This document shows, piece after piece, positions 1 through 11,256 of a stretch of 64,000 nucleotides of DNA. Source of the stretch: Bilabrum cf. latius (lineage: Eukaryota); contig OZ237735.1 of assembly GCA_965178125.1 (NCBI GenBank), positions 2,356,001-2,420,000 of the forward strand, written 5' to 3'. How positions within the stretch are numbered: the stretch's first letter is position 1; the number at the start of each line of letters is the position of its first letter. The notes under the pieces are model-generated. The model did not search any database and was not told where the DNA came from. It saw nothing but the letters and a program-made list of their open reading frames with translations. The translations under genes and the position numbers were made by a program.

Positions 1-1848
1 GCTAGTGCTATAGGCTCTACGGGTGTCCCCCAGGCGCTGGACTCTCCTAGGCAGCAACCCAAGACGCCGAAGGCGAGAGGGCCGAAGGAGTCAAAGCAGG
101 CCACGCAGCCGGGATCATCCGGAGCGAAAAATCTTCAGCCCAGGCGATCCCCGAAGCAGCCCCCCCTGGACTCCGGGTCGCTGCCCTCGATGGCTGGCGG
201 GCCCGGCGCCAGCCCCCCTTCCTCCCGCCCGACAGGCAGCACCCACTCGAAGCAGGTGGCCCGCGGGGAAGCCCCCTCTCGGAGGTCGCCGCGCACTAGC
301 GGCAGCGGAACCACAGCGCGCGGCACCGACCAGAGCCCCGGTTTGGACTCCCCGCGGCAGCCCGGCAAGCCCCGCCGCGCTATCGGCTCCGGATCCAAGG
401 CGAGTCTGGCTGCCATGGCTGGACAAGCCCTCAGCGGCGAGGAGGCCGCACCGGCGGCAAAATCCGTGCTCAAGGCACCTGCACCAGCACCAGCACCTGC
501 ACCAGCACCAGCACCAGCACCTGCACCTGCACCTGCACCTGCACCTGCACCTGCACCTGCACCTGCACCTGCACCAGCAACAAGCATGTTTAGTCGCATG
601 TTTGGCTCATCGCCGGCCCCAGCCCCAGCCCCAGCCCCAGCCCCAGCCCCAGCCCCAGCCCCAGCCCCAGCCCCAGCTTCAGCTTCAGCTTCAGCTGCAC
701 GCCCAAGACCCAGACCCCAACCAAGGCCTCGCCCGGCGGCAAGCGCACGACCGCGGCCCCGACCCCGTCCCGGGCCAGCCGCAGGTCCTCGTCCCGGCCC
801 TGCCAGGCCTCGCCCAGGTGCGGGCGGGCCCAGACCAGGCAGGGCCGCGGCGAGGCCGAGACCATCCCCTGCGATGGGAGGCGCTGCCGGCGGTGCCCCC
901 GGTGGTCTGCTCGCCGAGATCCGTGGAGGTGCCAGGCTCAAGAAGGCCAAGACTGTGGTCAAGGGGAACAAGCTGCCCGGAGAAGGGGGTGCCTCGGGGG
1001 GAAGCAGCAGCGGGGGTGGTGGGGGGGGGCCGCCGGCGGGCGGCATGATGGCCCAGATCCTGGCCGCCCGCCAGAAGATGGCTGGTGGGGGCACCGGGTC
1101 GAGCAAGAGCAGCAAGCCCAAGCGCAAGTCCAAGGCAGGCTCTGGCGTTCTCGGAAGCAGCTCACACACCGGCAGCAGCAGTAGTAGCAGTATTAGCCGC
1201 GCTTCCAAGAAGTCCTCCGGCAAAGCCAGCAAGTCCAAAGGCACGGGCACAGGCAGGGGTTCCAAAGCGGGCGTGAGCGGGTCAAACCCCAAGAAGAGCC
1301 CCAAAAAAGGACCCAAAGCAGGCCCTAGGCAGCCCGTCTCCGTCGCATCGCTGGGAGCAGGTGCCCCCAGGCCGCAGCCCAGGCCAGCACCAGCACCGGC
1401 TGCGGCTGCTAGGGCACAGCCCCGTCCTTAGCCCCAGCCTAGGCCGCAAGCAAGGCCCCGGCCGCAGCCCAGACCCCAAGCAGGAGAGGGCCGCCCGGGG
1501 AGGCCGCGCCCAGGCAGGCCAGGGCCTGGAGCAGGGGCGGGTCCTGGCAGGCCAGGGCCAGGGAGGCCACGTCCGACGGGCGGTCCGTTCGGCGGTGGTG
1601 GGGGTGCCGGGGGTGCCCCCGGTGGTCTGCTCGCCGAGATCCGTGGAGGTGCCCGGCTTAAGAAGGCCAAGACCGTGGTCAAGGGGAACAAGCTGCCCGG
1701 GGCAGGGGGTGCTTCGGGGGGAAGCAGCAGCGGGGGTGGTGGGGGGGGGCCACCGGCGGGCGGCATGATGGCCCAGATCCTGGCCGCCCGCCAAAAGATG
1801 GCTGGTGGGGGCAAGAAGAAGAAGAAGAAAAAGAAAGGCGGCAAGTGA
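1..1848 (+). CDS. Proline-rich protein with two WH2 (actin-binding)-like motifs, copy 1, 5'-truncated by the window edge
   Basis: The frame of ORF 190..1431 continues through TAG 1429-1431 (QPRP*PQPRPQ) to TGA 1846-1848. It has two GGLLAEIRGGARLKKAKT motifs, (PA)n and (RP)n tracts and a poly-Lys tail. Paralog at 18556-21381. Confidence 0.7.
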
Positions 1849-2007
1849 ACGTTTGGGATCCCGTGTTGCGTTGCAGTGTGCATCTCGAGGCCTTGTTTGT
1901 ACTCATCACCGAGCCTCGCGCTGAGCAGCTGCAGTGGTCGCAACAGCCGAGCGTTGCTGTAAACAATTTGCTGCAGTGTGTAACACAGAAGCATTTCGTA
2001 ATTTTCC

Positions 2008-5000
2008 ATGAAGTGAGGTAACCAAAGGAACAAATAGGGTTCCGGCACCAGCGGCTAGCGTATCCATTCCGTTTAGTTTGGGTTCGTGTTCCTCTCTTTG
2101 CTCTGTTGCAGGGTTCTGTACCTGTACGGGTCCTAGACTGGCGCAGCGAAGAGTATAGCAGAGGTAAGATCATGCACAATTACTAATTCAGATGTACTAT
2201 CTACATAGTGGGTCCAGCAAAGCCCGGTACTGCGCAAGACAAGACGCACAACAGGGCAAGAAAGATCCTTGCACGTTTCCTTTGTCACAGGAGTTGCATG
2301 CGGAGTCGCTCCGACAGGAAATTGACGGTGTTTTAGACACACTCAATGCCGTAAAGGACGTGAGTTGATCCTGGAACGGGTGATACGAGACCGCACTGTT
2401 CGCACCTTGCTTGTGCACGTGCCACGTCGATCGGTTCATTTTGGCCCAAGCGTAACGCTACACCGCAGGCTGACCTGACCGAATACACCAGTGTGGTTAT
2501 TGTTTGTTCTACCACAGGAAATGGCGATCCTCCGGACAATGCGGACAGGTTTTACAGGAAACTGCGTCGTCGCCGCGATCCCGTGTCCATGGAGGGTGTT
2601 CGATTCGCAGTACTGGCCTTGGGGGACACAAACTATGACAAGTTCTGCCACTGCGGTAAAATCATCCACGCAAAGATGCTCGAGCGCGGCGGGACACCCT
2701 TCCATGAGCTCGGGTGTGCGGACGAGGCCATGGGACTAGAATCGGTGGTTGATCCGTGGACTGAGGGACTTTTCGAAGTTCTCAAGCAGATGAAATCCAG
2801 CAGTGACGCAGGTGCCAGCGAAAGCAAAGAGCCAGAGGCGAAGGAAGCTCCCGCGCCCAAACCAGGCCCCACAGCTGCGACTTCCAGCAATCCCATGGAT
2901 ATGCTGAAGCAGATGCAAGCGAAGCAAGGCCACAGCAACGCGTCCGAGCCTTCCCATAAGGCTGCTGCATCTAAACCTGCGGAAGCTACGAGCCCTGCCC
3001 CAGCACCCACTACAGCACCTGCCCCTGCCCCTGCCCCTGCCCCTGCCCCAGCACCCGCCCCGAAGCCCGCACCGGCCGCAGCCACTCTCGGGGGCGGAGG
3101 CATGTCTCTCCTCGCCCAGATGAGGGCCAGGGCCGCGGCAGCCTCTGCCGCGAGAGCCACGCCGGCGTCGAGTGGTGCGGGAAGCGGAGGCCCTGCAGGG
3201 AGCAGCAGCAGCAGCGGCAGCGGCAGCGGCGGCCAGCCGGCGCTCATCAAGCGGCAGTCAGCAGGGAAGGCCTCATAGGCGCAGGCGCCCGCCCCGCGGC
3301 AGTCGACTCACGCGCACGGTTCGCGCGCACCGCTGGCACCCGCGCCTGTCAGCAGTGGAACCAGGTCCTTCAAGTCCTTGTTCCCTGGAGTCGCTCGGCG
3401 CCTCAAGTCAGACCCGTCGGGCGGCGCGTCGGGCAAGCCAGCCGCTGTCGCTGCCGACCCCAGCAGGCCCGTGTCTGCTCTGCAGAGGCGCCGAGCAGCA
3501 CGCGCAGCAGCTGGTGGAGGATCATCTGCCCCCAAAGCACCGCGCCAGGCGCCACTCCTCGTGGAGGTGTCCGATACCCCCGGTGACGCGAACCCTGGAA
3601 AGCAGGCATCGGCGGAGGTTGACCCGGCCACGCCAATGGAGCAGGCCCGCGCGCTGGAGCCGTTGCCCGCACCATCAGGCCGCATAGCGCTCGCAGAGCA
3701 CCCGAGGAACGCCCTGTACGATGCCGCGGGTGGGATCGGCCTGTCTGCCGCCTCTCCCGCCAAGTGTCCCATCAGGTCTGCCAGGTACCTCACGAAAGGA
3801 GGGCCCAGAGCGCCGAGGAGGGTGATCCACCTCGAGCTGGACCTCCGTGGGACCACGCTGGAGGGAAGGTACGTGCCTGGGGATGCCATTGGCGTGCTGT
3901 GCAGGAGCGAGAAGTCCAATGTAGAGGCCCTCTGTAAGCGGCTCGGCTACGAGCCGTCGGCTCGGGTGCTGCTCCGCGGCGTGTTGGGCAGCGATGGTGA
4001 CAGCCGCCAGCCGCTTCCAGAGCACCTCAAGAGGGCTGGTCTGAGGCCGCGCGTCTCCGAGGTGCTGTCGCTGTGCGTAGACATCAACGCCCCGCCGAGA
4101 AAGCAGGTGCTTGCACTGCTGGCTGCACACACCAGCGTAGCCAGCCAGAAGGCCTCCCTGCAGGCCATGTGCGAGAACAGCAAGGCGGGCAAGCAGCTCT
4201 ACGAGTGCTTCGTGCACTCGCAGCAGCTCTCCCTGCTGGACGTCCTTGGCTTCTTCCCTTCTTCGCGACCCCCTTTGGCCGCTCTTCTCTCAGCACTGCC
4301 TCCGCTTGCCGCAAGGTTCTATTCCATCAGCAGCTCCCCGCTCGACAATCCCTCCGTCCTCAGCTTTGCCTTCACGGTTGTTGCGTACAGAACGGGGGCC
4401 AAGGCCGACCAAGTCGAGGCTGCGCGCGCAGCGGCAGGCGACGACAAGAAGGAGCCGGCATCGTCGCGTGCCAAGCAAGACGGCGTCGTCGCTTCGGTGG
4501 ACTGCATGCCTGGAATAGGCTCTGTGATCCGCCAGGGCGTGTGCACGGGGTACCTCGAGCGGCTGTGCAGGAAGCCCCTGCAGGCATCCATCGCTGCAGG
4601 GAGGAAAACGAGGCTGGCTGGTGCTGCAGGTGCCTCCATCGGCCTCGAGTGGGACAGCGAGCACGAGGAGGATGACTCTGGCAAGGAGGGCGGTCCCGAG
4701 AGCGACCGCAGCGAGGCGTCCCTCGGCGGTGTGAAGGTCAGTGAGGGGCTGCAGGACGGCGAGGCAGAGCAGGACGAGGACGAGGAGATGGAGGAGGAGG
4801 TGCCTCTGGGGCACGGGCCAGCTGCATTCTCGCTCGGTGCCAGCGCCAGCGGGGCAGCAGAGGGGCAGAAGAACCCGTGCCTCGCAGTGTTCTTGCGTCC
4901 AGCATCGGAGTTCCAGCCGCCTTCATCGCTGCTCCCGCCTTTGATTCTGATCGGGCCGGGGACAGGGGTGGCGCCGTTTCGGTCCTTTTTGCGCCACAGG

Positions 5001-6416
5001 GCAGCAAGGCGCAGGGATGCCGAGGAAGCCGCGGTGGCTGCATCGTCTGGCATGTGGCGCGGCGCCTTCGGTATCAGCGGACTCGCGGATCTCGAGGAAA
5101 GCAAAGAGGACATGCGCGAGCACGAGGCATCGGGCACGTCCGAGCTGGAGGAGAAACGTGGAGCAGCAGGGGTGTCATCCAAGGCTCGTCTGCAGGAAGT
5201 TGATGTGGGCAGATGGGGATCTGCTGTGACGGCTTCTCCGGCCAAGGTGCCGCCGTCCAAGCACGGGAAGGCAGCCGGCTCCACTGGCAGCGTGGGATCG
5301 TGGATGGCCAACGCTGCACAAAGGGCGATGCGGGCAGCACTGCAAGGGGAGCTCCCAGCTGCTGGATCGGGGGGAGCTTCGTCGCTCGGTGGAGCGACAT
5401 CTACCAACGGTGGTGCAGGCATGTTGCACGTCTCCATGCAGGGCATTCCCTCTACCAGGTCTGCCGAGCTGATTGCGGATGCAGTGCAGCTTCGAGGCGA
5501 CAAGGCATCGGTAGGGAGCGACGAGCTTGCCAAGGCCGAGGCAGCAGCGGTTGCCAGCGCGCGGATGGCTGCCGCTGCTGCTGCCGCCGTCCTCAACGTG
5601 ACTGGAAGCGTCTGCGACGGGCCGGCGGGTCCATCCGAGTCGCCCTCCGCCAGCGCTGATGCTCTCCTGGGCCTGGCTCGCCTCCGGTCTCGCCTGGCTC
5701 TGGGCACGTGTGCCAGCTTCCAGGCGCCCCCGAGGGAGATCGCGGCGGCGCATCGGCTGGTGCGCGCGCTGGATCGGGAGGAAGCCGCGGAGTGCGCCGA
5801 CTCGCGCAGCCCCATCGCTCGCACCAGGTCCTCTGGCCTGCTGGCGTCCAACCCCGAGCAGGTGCCGGCGATGGGCGGCAGGCCGGCCGTGCCGGCGGGT
5901 GACGTGCTGCTGCTGTTCGGCAACCGCAGAAGCAGCTACGACTTCCTGTATCGGCGCGACTGGGCCTCGCTGCTGCAAGGGGGCGACCTCACCGAGCTGC
6001 ACTGCGCCTTCAGTCGGGAGGGCCGCAGCGGCAAGCCGGCGCAGGACCGGAGGCACGACGACGATGACGATGGCATCCAGGGCGTGGTGGAGGGAGCCAG
6101 GACGTACGTGTGGAACCGCATGCTGGAGCCTCAGGTGGCCGACAGGCTCAGGCAGCTCATCGTGAAGGAGGGCGCCTACGTGTACGTGTGCGGTGATGGC
6201 GCGGCCATGGCGCGGGATGTGCACCAGGCCCTGACTGCGGTGCTGGCGGGCGGGGAGGCCGTGGTGGAGGCGGCGGTGCGGGCAGATGGCAGCGGGGGCC
6301 GGGCCTCCGACGTGCTGCAGGCGAGCGTGAAGGCCCTGCCGGGCATGGGCGAGTCCCAGCGCGCTTTGGTGAGCATGATGGAGCAGGGGAGGTATGTGCG
6401 GGACATCTGGTCCTGA
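2008..6416 (+). CDS. MTRR: Diflavin reductase, methionine synthase reductase-like, copy 1 (introns 2013-2111, 2164-2290, 2360-2468)
   Basis: Splicing gives MKVLYLYGS*TGAAKSIAE...VVIVCSTTGNGDPPDNA...LGDTNYDKFC...ADEAMGLESVVDPW (flavodoxin domain). Downstream motifs RFYSISSS, LIGPGTGVAPF, YVYVCGDG and GRYVRDIWS-TGA. In-frame TAG at 2134 and 3276. Confidence 0.85.
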
Positions 6417-6520
6417 GCGGTGTATTGACAAAGACAAAGATGCACAGCGGACGAGAGCCCACTTTGAGATAGACTTCGGAGACTCTGCCATTGATGGTGC
6501 ATCATCACATTTGCGGACGC

Positions 6521-7038
6521 AAGAAAGTTCCTGCCCCCGGTCCCATGGACCCACTGGGCTTCACCCCGAACGACTGGTTCTTCACCAGCCCACCTGAATG
6601 GATGCGATATTCATCTGACACTACGGATGTACACGCCACTTTCCCCATGCACCCGACTGGCCTCGTCGCCACATGGCTTCTTGGTCCTGTTCCCCGCCCT
6701 AGGGACCGTGTGCTTTGCTCCATGCATTGCCACCTTGGCCCTATCCTCTTGCAGCGTGCACGCGCCGGTTCTGGCCGGCCCATGGTGCGCCCCGTCTGTC
6801 CACCCACCTGTTGGCCCTCTGCGTGCTGCTGGCCGTGCAGCCCGCTGCCACTCGCGTCTCTCTCGTGCCTTGCACCTGGAGACCCCTACCTCCCGTTGCA
6901 TTCTTTCTGTTGACACCGCACTATCGTTGCCTGTGCCGGTATCCTCTTCTCCACCTCCTGTCCTCCTGCGCCCACCTCGTCTTCCGGCTCGCCTCTGCTG
7001 CCCGTCGCTTGAATCCTGATGTACAAGGAGACAACACA
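6521..7038 (-). mobile_element. Zinc-finger-associated dispersed repeat, copy E1
   Basis: Homologous to 17372-17890, 26254-26756, 44187-44764 and 44765-45277. It begins directly after the ZF1 stop with the 27-bp motif TGTGTTGTCTCCTTGTACATCAGGATT and ends GGGGGCAGGAACTTTCTT. Confidence 0.75.
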
Positions 7039-8448
7039 TTACTGGTGCTTGCGCTCGCCATGATGCACAGTGGACAGATGCCTCCTGAGTGAGCCTGCCC
7101 GCCCGAATGACTTGCCACAAACTCCGCACTCGTGCTTGCGCTCGCCATGATGCACAGTGGACAGGTGCCTCCTGAGTGAGCCTGCCTCCCCGAATGACTT
7201 GCCGCACACCATGCACTCGTGCTTGCGCTCGCCCAGATGCACAGTGGACAGATGCCTTCTGAGATGGCCTGCCACACCGAATGACTTGCCGCACACCATG
7301 CACTCGTGCTTGCGCTCGCCATGATGCCCAGTGGACATGTGCGTCCTGAGTGAGCCTGCCCGCCCGAATGACTTGCCGCACACCATGCACTCGTGCTTGC
7401 GCTCGCCCAGGTGCACAGTGGACAGATGCCTCCTGAGATCCCCTGCCTGCCCGAATGACTTGCCGCACACCATGCACTCGTGCTTGCGCTCGCCCAGATG
7501 CACAGTGGACAGGTGCGTCCTGAGATCCCCTGCCTGCCCGAATGACTTGCCGCACACCATGCACTCGTGCTTGCGCTCGCCCAGATGCACAGTGGACAGA
7601 TGCCTTCTGAGATGGCCTGCCACACCGAATGACTTGCCGCACACCATGCACTCGTGCTTGCGCTCGCCATGATGCCCAGTGGACATGTGCGTCCTGAGTG
7701 AGCCTGCCCGCCCGAATGACTTGCCGCACACACTGCACTCGTGCTTGCGCTCGCCCAGGTGCACAGTGGACATGTGCCTCCTGAGTGAGCCTGCCTCCCC
7801 GAATGACTTGCCGCACACCATGCACTCGTGCTTGCGCTCGCCCAGATGCACAGTGGACAGATGCCTTCTGAGATGGCCTGCCACACCGAATGACTTGCCG
7901 CACACCATGCACTCGTGCTTGCGCTCGCCATGATGCACAGTGGACACGTGCGTCCTGAGTGAGCCCGCATGCCCGAATGACTTGCCGCACACCATGCACC
8001 GATGTTCTGCCCCGATTCTGCCTGCCTGTCCCCGCCGTCTCTTCGCCCTCGATCCGCTCTGGCTGTCTGCTGACCTCGCCTCTGCCGGCCTGCCTCGCTT
8101 CTGGCCCAGAGAGGCATCCGTGCCGCCGCCTGCATCTACCCCTGAGCTTGACTGCATTGATGATTCTACTTCTTGCGGCAACATTGCGCTGCTGCTGGAG
8201 TGTCCCGACGCCACGATGCACGTGGGAACAGCTTCGGCTCGATCGCTGGCTGGATCTCGGGCCCTACCTTTCCCATCTGCGTTTCGCCTGCCCCACTAGC
8301 GACTGCTGGTCAATGATAGCGATGCAGCAATCGAGTTCATGTGACGGGCGGGAACCTCGACATCGCATCCACCAGCGTCGCTGTCGCTTGAGTCGCTGCT
8401 GACGAGATCGATCACCTCCCCTGAGCATGCACCTGCTGCTTGCTCCAT
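7039..8448 (-). CDS. Tandem C2H2 zinc-finger protein ZF1 (11 fingers, N-terminal SIM-like motif and NLS)
   Basis: ATG 8448 (MEQAAGACSGEVIDLVSSDSSDSD) reads through TAG 8296-8298 into ORF 7039..8214. 29-aa repeats HECxVCGKSFGxAGxLRxHxSTVHxGERK. Ends with TAA. Confidence 0.9.
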
Positions 8449-8821
8449 GGCTGCCTGGCAGTATCTATATCCAATACTGGATGCTGATGCGTAACCAGCC
8501 AGGTGGCTGCCGACCACAGAATGACAGGGAATACGAGCTTTCCTATTCACGACCTTTTCTGGTGTACCTGTTCGACGGCCAGTTCTGCTTTGCTCCAACG
8601 CAATCCTGAATCTAGAAAGGCTATACTTGGGGGATGCCACAGCCGAAACAGTAGCGAGGAAAATGACAAGGAGACGGTGAGATCGATCCTTGTTGGTCCG
8701 GTTCCGGCTGTTTTCATCTTCACAACTTCAAGGTGCTGGGCCTGGCGTGGCGGCCACGCTCACTTGGAACACCAGCTTCACAGGAAGCAAACAGGCCACG
8801 CGCAACCCACCACATCCCTCC

Positions 8822-11146
8822 TCACGGAGAAGCACCGTTCTCGCTCGCTGCCCCTCCTTCGCCAGACGCCTTCTCCACCCTCTCCCTGCGCGCCTGCTGC
8901 TGCTTCTGCTGCTGCGCCCCCGCCCGCTTCTCCCTCCACGCCTTGCCCTTGATCCGGGCCTCGTCGGACCGCTTCAGCTGGGCCGCCAGCGCGTCCACGG
9001 AGAAGGCCTCCTTGAAGTCCATCGCCATCGACGAGGAATCCACACCCCCGGAGCCCCTCGACGATCCGCCGCTGCCGCTGCCCCCCCCCTCCTTCTGCCC
9101 CCCCCCCTCCTCGGGGATGTCCTCTCCAGTCGCGATGGCCTGCATGGCAGACATCCACCCGCCCCCAGACCGCAGGTCACCGGACCACCACGCCAGGAAC
9201 TCCGCCTTGGAGATCATCCTGTCCCTGTTCTTGTCCATCTCCATGATGGCCGCCTCCAGCTCCGCGTGGCTCAGCTTGCTGCCCAGCTGCACGCACAGGT
9301 CGGCCAGCTCGGTCGTGTCCAGATCGCCGCTGCCGTCGAGGTCCGCGGCATCGAATGCCTCCGCGGCCTCTGCCTCTGTTGCCACGCTGGACTTTAGCTG
9401 GACAAAATGGTACATGGCGCAGCAGCTGGTGACCCAGTTGGCCACGGCGAGCACCATGAGACCGAGGCCGACGACGATGTTGAGGATCTGGGAGGCGCTC
9501 CACTGGGCCAGGCAGAGGGAGCCCACCAAGAACATGAGGTGACCTCGTCCACTGACCGTGGTGAAGATCGGCATGTATTTCTCCACCGCTCGACGTAGGA
9601 ACATGCCGCAAAACGCGGTTCTTGCCTCGGTGATGGCGATGAGGATCCCAAACCACATGATCCACCCGTTCAAAACCACAAACACGATCGTCCTGCCCTT
9701 TGTTTTCTTGGCGTCGGCGAAATTGATGAAAATTCCGATAAAGGCCGAGAGGATCGCGCAGACTCCGAACAGGAAGGAAAGCACCCGAATCCCGCAGGGG
9801 CCCTCTGCCACCCACCCGCCGAGTTCGCGCATCTGTCCCCACACCGCGGCGGAAACAGACGAGGTAGCGATCTCCATCTGAGCCTCTTCCATGGACTTCG
9901 GTTCCACCTCGCGGAGATCTTCGAGGTCTCGCACGGCCTTGGCGGCCATGGCTGCATCCCGGCGGGGGGGAGGGGTCGAGGCCACGAGTGGCTGGGTGGG
10001 GCTGTCAGCAGCAGCAGCAGCAGCAGCAGCCCCCGCGGCAGCTCCGCCGCCTGCTGCGCCGTAGGATCCAGATGCAGCGCCGCCGCCTTTCTTTTCCTTG
10101 AAGCTTCGGTGCGCGGTTCGAAGCTTGGCGGCCATTTGAAGCGCCGAAGCGAACTCGCCCGCGCCCGCACCCATGCCCATGCCCATGCCCATCGCGTCGG
10201 CTCCATCGGCTCCGGGGGCGCGCGGGGCCGAGGCTCCCTGCAGCGGGTTCTTGGTCGATGATCCCTTGGAGTCGCTGTATACCCCTACGGTGTCAGTGTC
10301 TGGGCCGCTGTCCCCGCCAGCGGCTGCGGCTCCTTTCGCTTCAAGCTGATCCTTCTTGGGCTTCGGTGGAGGCACCTGCCCCCCGTTCTCGATGATTTTC
10401 TCCTCCAAAATGCGCTGCCGCGTCGCCTTAACTGCTGGGGGGAGGAGACTGAAGGCGAGTTTAGCCTTCTGCTCCGGCGAGATGCCGTCGATCATCTCGA
10501 GGACGAGGCGAGCATGCCGCCGGATCTTGGCGGGCAGCCTCGACAAAACTCGCTGCTTGTTGGCTCGTGGGATGGTGTCGTAGATTTCGGCTGCCCCGCG
10601 AATATCCAGCTCAAGAGCACACATGATAAGCTGTTCGACCGAATCTGCGGACAAATCGATGTCGTCGTTCACCTCGAAGGCAAGACGCACGAGGGGTGGC
10701 AGGCGTCTCTTGACGTCCCAGCGGAGGTCTTCCGGCATGCTGTGGTACAGCCGGTAGACGTGCACCGCAGCTTCGATTGGATCATTCTATTTAAAGGCGT
10801 CCTCAACATGCCGAATCGCACTCGAGCTGATTATCGGCTCTCCCTTGGGGCCTCGAGCACTGAGTACCTTTCGTACAAGATCTTGATCCAGGTGTTGAAG
10901 CCCACCCAATGCCTCCTTTGCGTCATCCGGTAGATCTCCCAAGTCTTTGAGGAGACCCGACGCTACCAATTGCACAACGTCAGCCATCCCTTCTGCTGAC
11001 GCCTCCCGGTGCACCGTAGGAGGAGACTCTTCATCAGACGAGTCCTGCTCGTACACAGCAGAATCAAGGCGTTTTGCCGGCTTTGTTCCGCCATATTTCT
11101 CGCTATTCGATTCGCGCCTCTTGATTGGCTGGGGTCCGAGCTACAT
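8822..11146 (-). CDS. Membrane protein with a COPI-associated/TVP15-like multi-TM region followed by an EF-hand pair
   Basis: ORFs 10787..11056 and 8822..10765 are joined in frame by TAG. Hydrophobic helices with a KYMPIFTTVSGRGHLMFLVGSL motif, EF-hand loops DLDGSGDLDTTE and DKNRDRMISKAE. Start 11146 is inferred. Confidence 0.7.
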
Positions 11147-11256
11147 GCCCGATCCAAGACAGATATAGAAGTGGCACCACGAGCCGCGCCGCCGCCGGGG
11201 TCCAAAGCCCCGAGTGCAGTGCACTCGTCGTCTTCACATCCACTTTCGGGCAATCA

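Larger units (their letters stand above)
1..6590. repeat. Segmental duplication, copy 1 (matches ~19516-26120)
   Basis: Near-identical sequence and ORF sets at an offset of ~19515-19533, covering the WH2 gene, MTRR and the tail of the repeat element. Confidence 0.95.

Noticed and set aside
115-1794. Long antisense and alternate-frame ORFs over GC-rich genes and zinc-finger arrays
   Set aside because: These are shadows of low-complexity, stop-poor coding sequence with no independent motifs.
7039-8010. 87-bp repeats as a CRISPR array
   Set aside because: The units are contiguous coding zinc fingers with no unique spacers, no cas genes are present and the context is eukaryotic.
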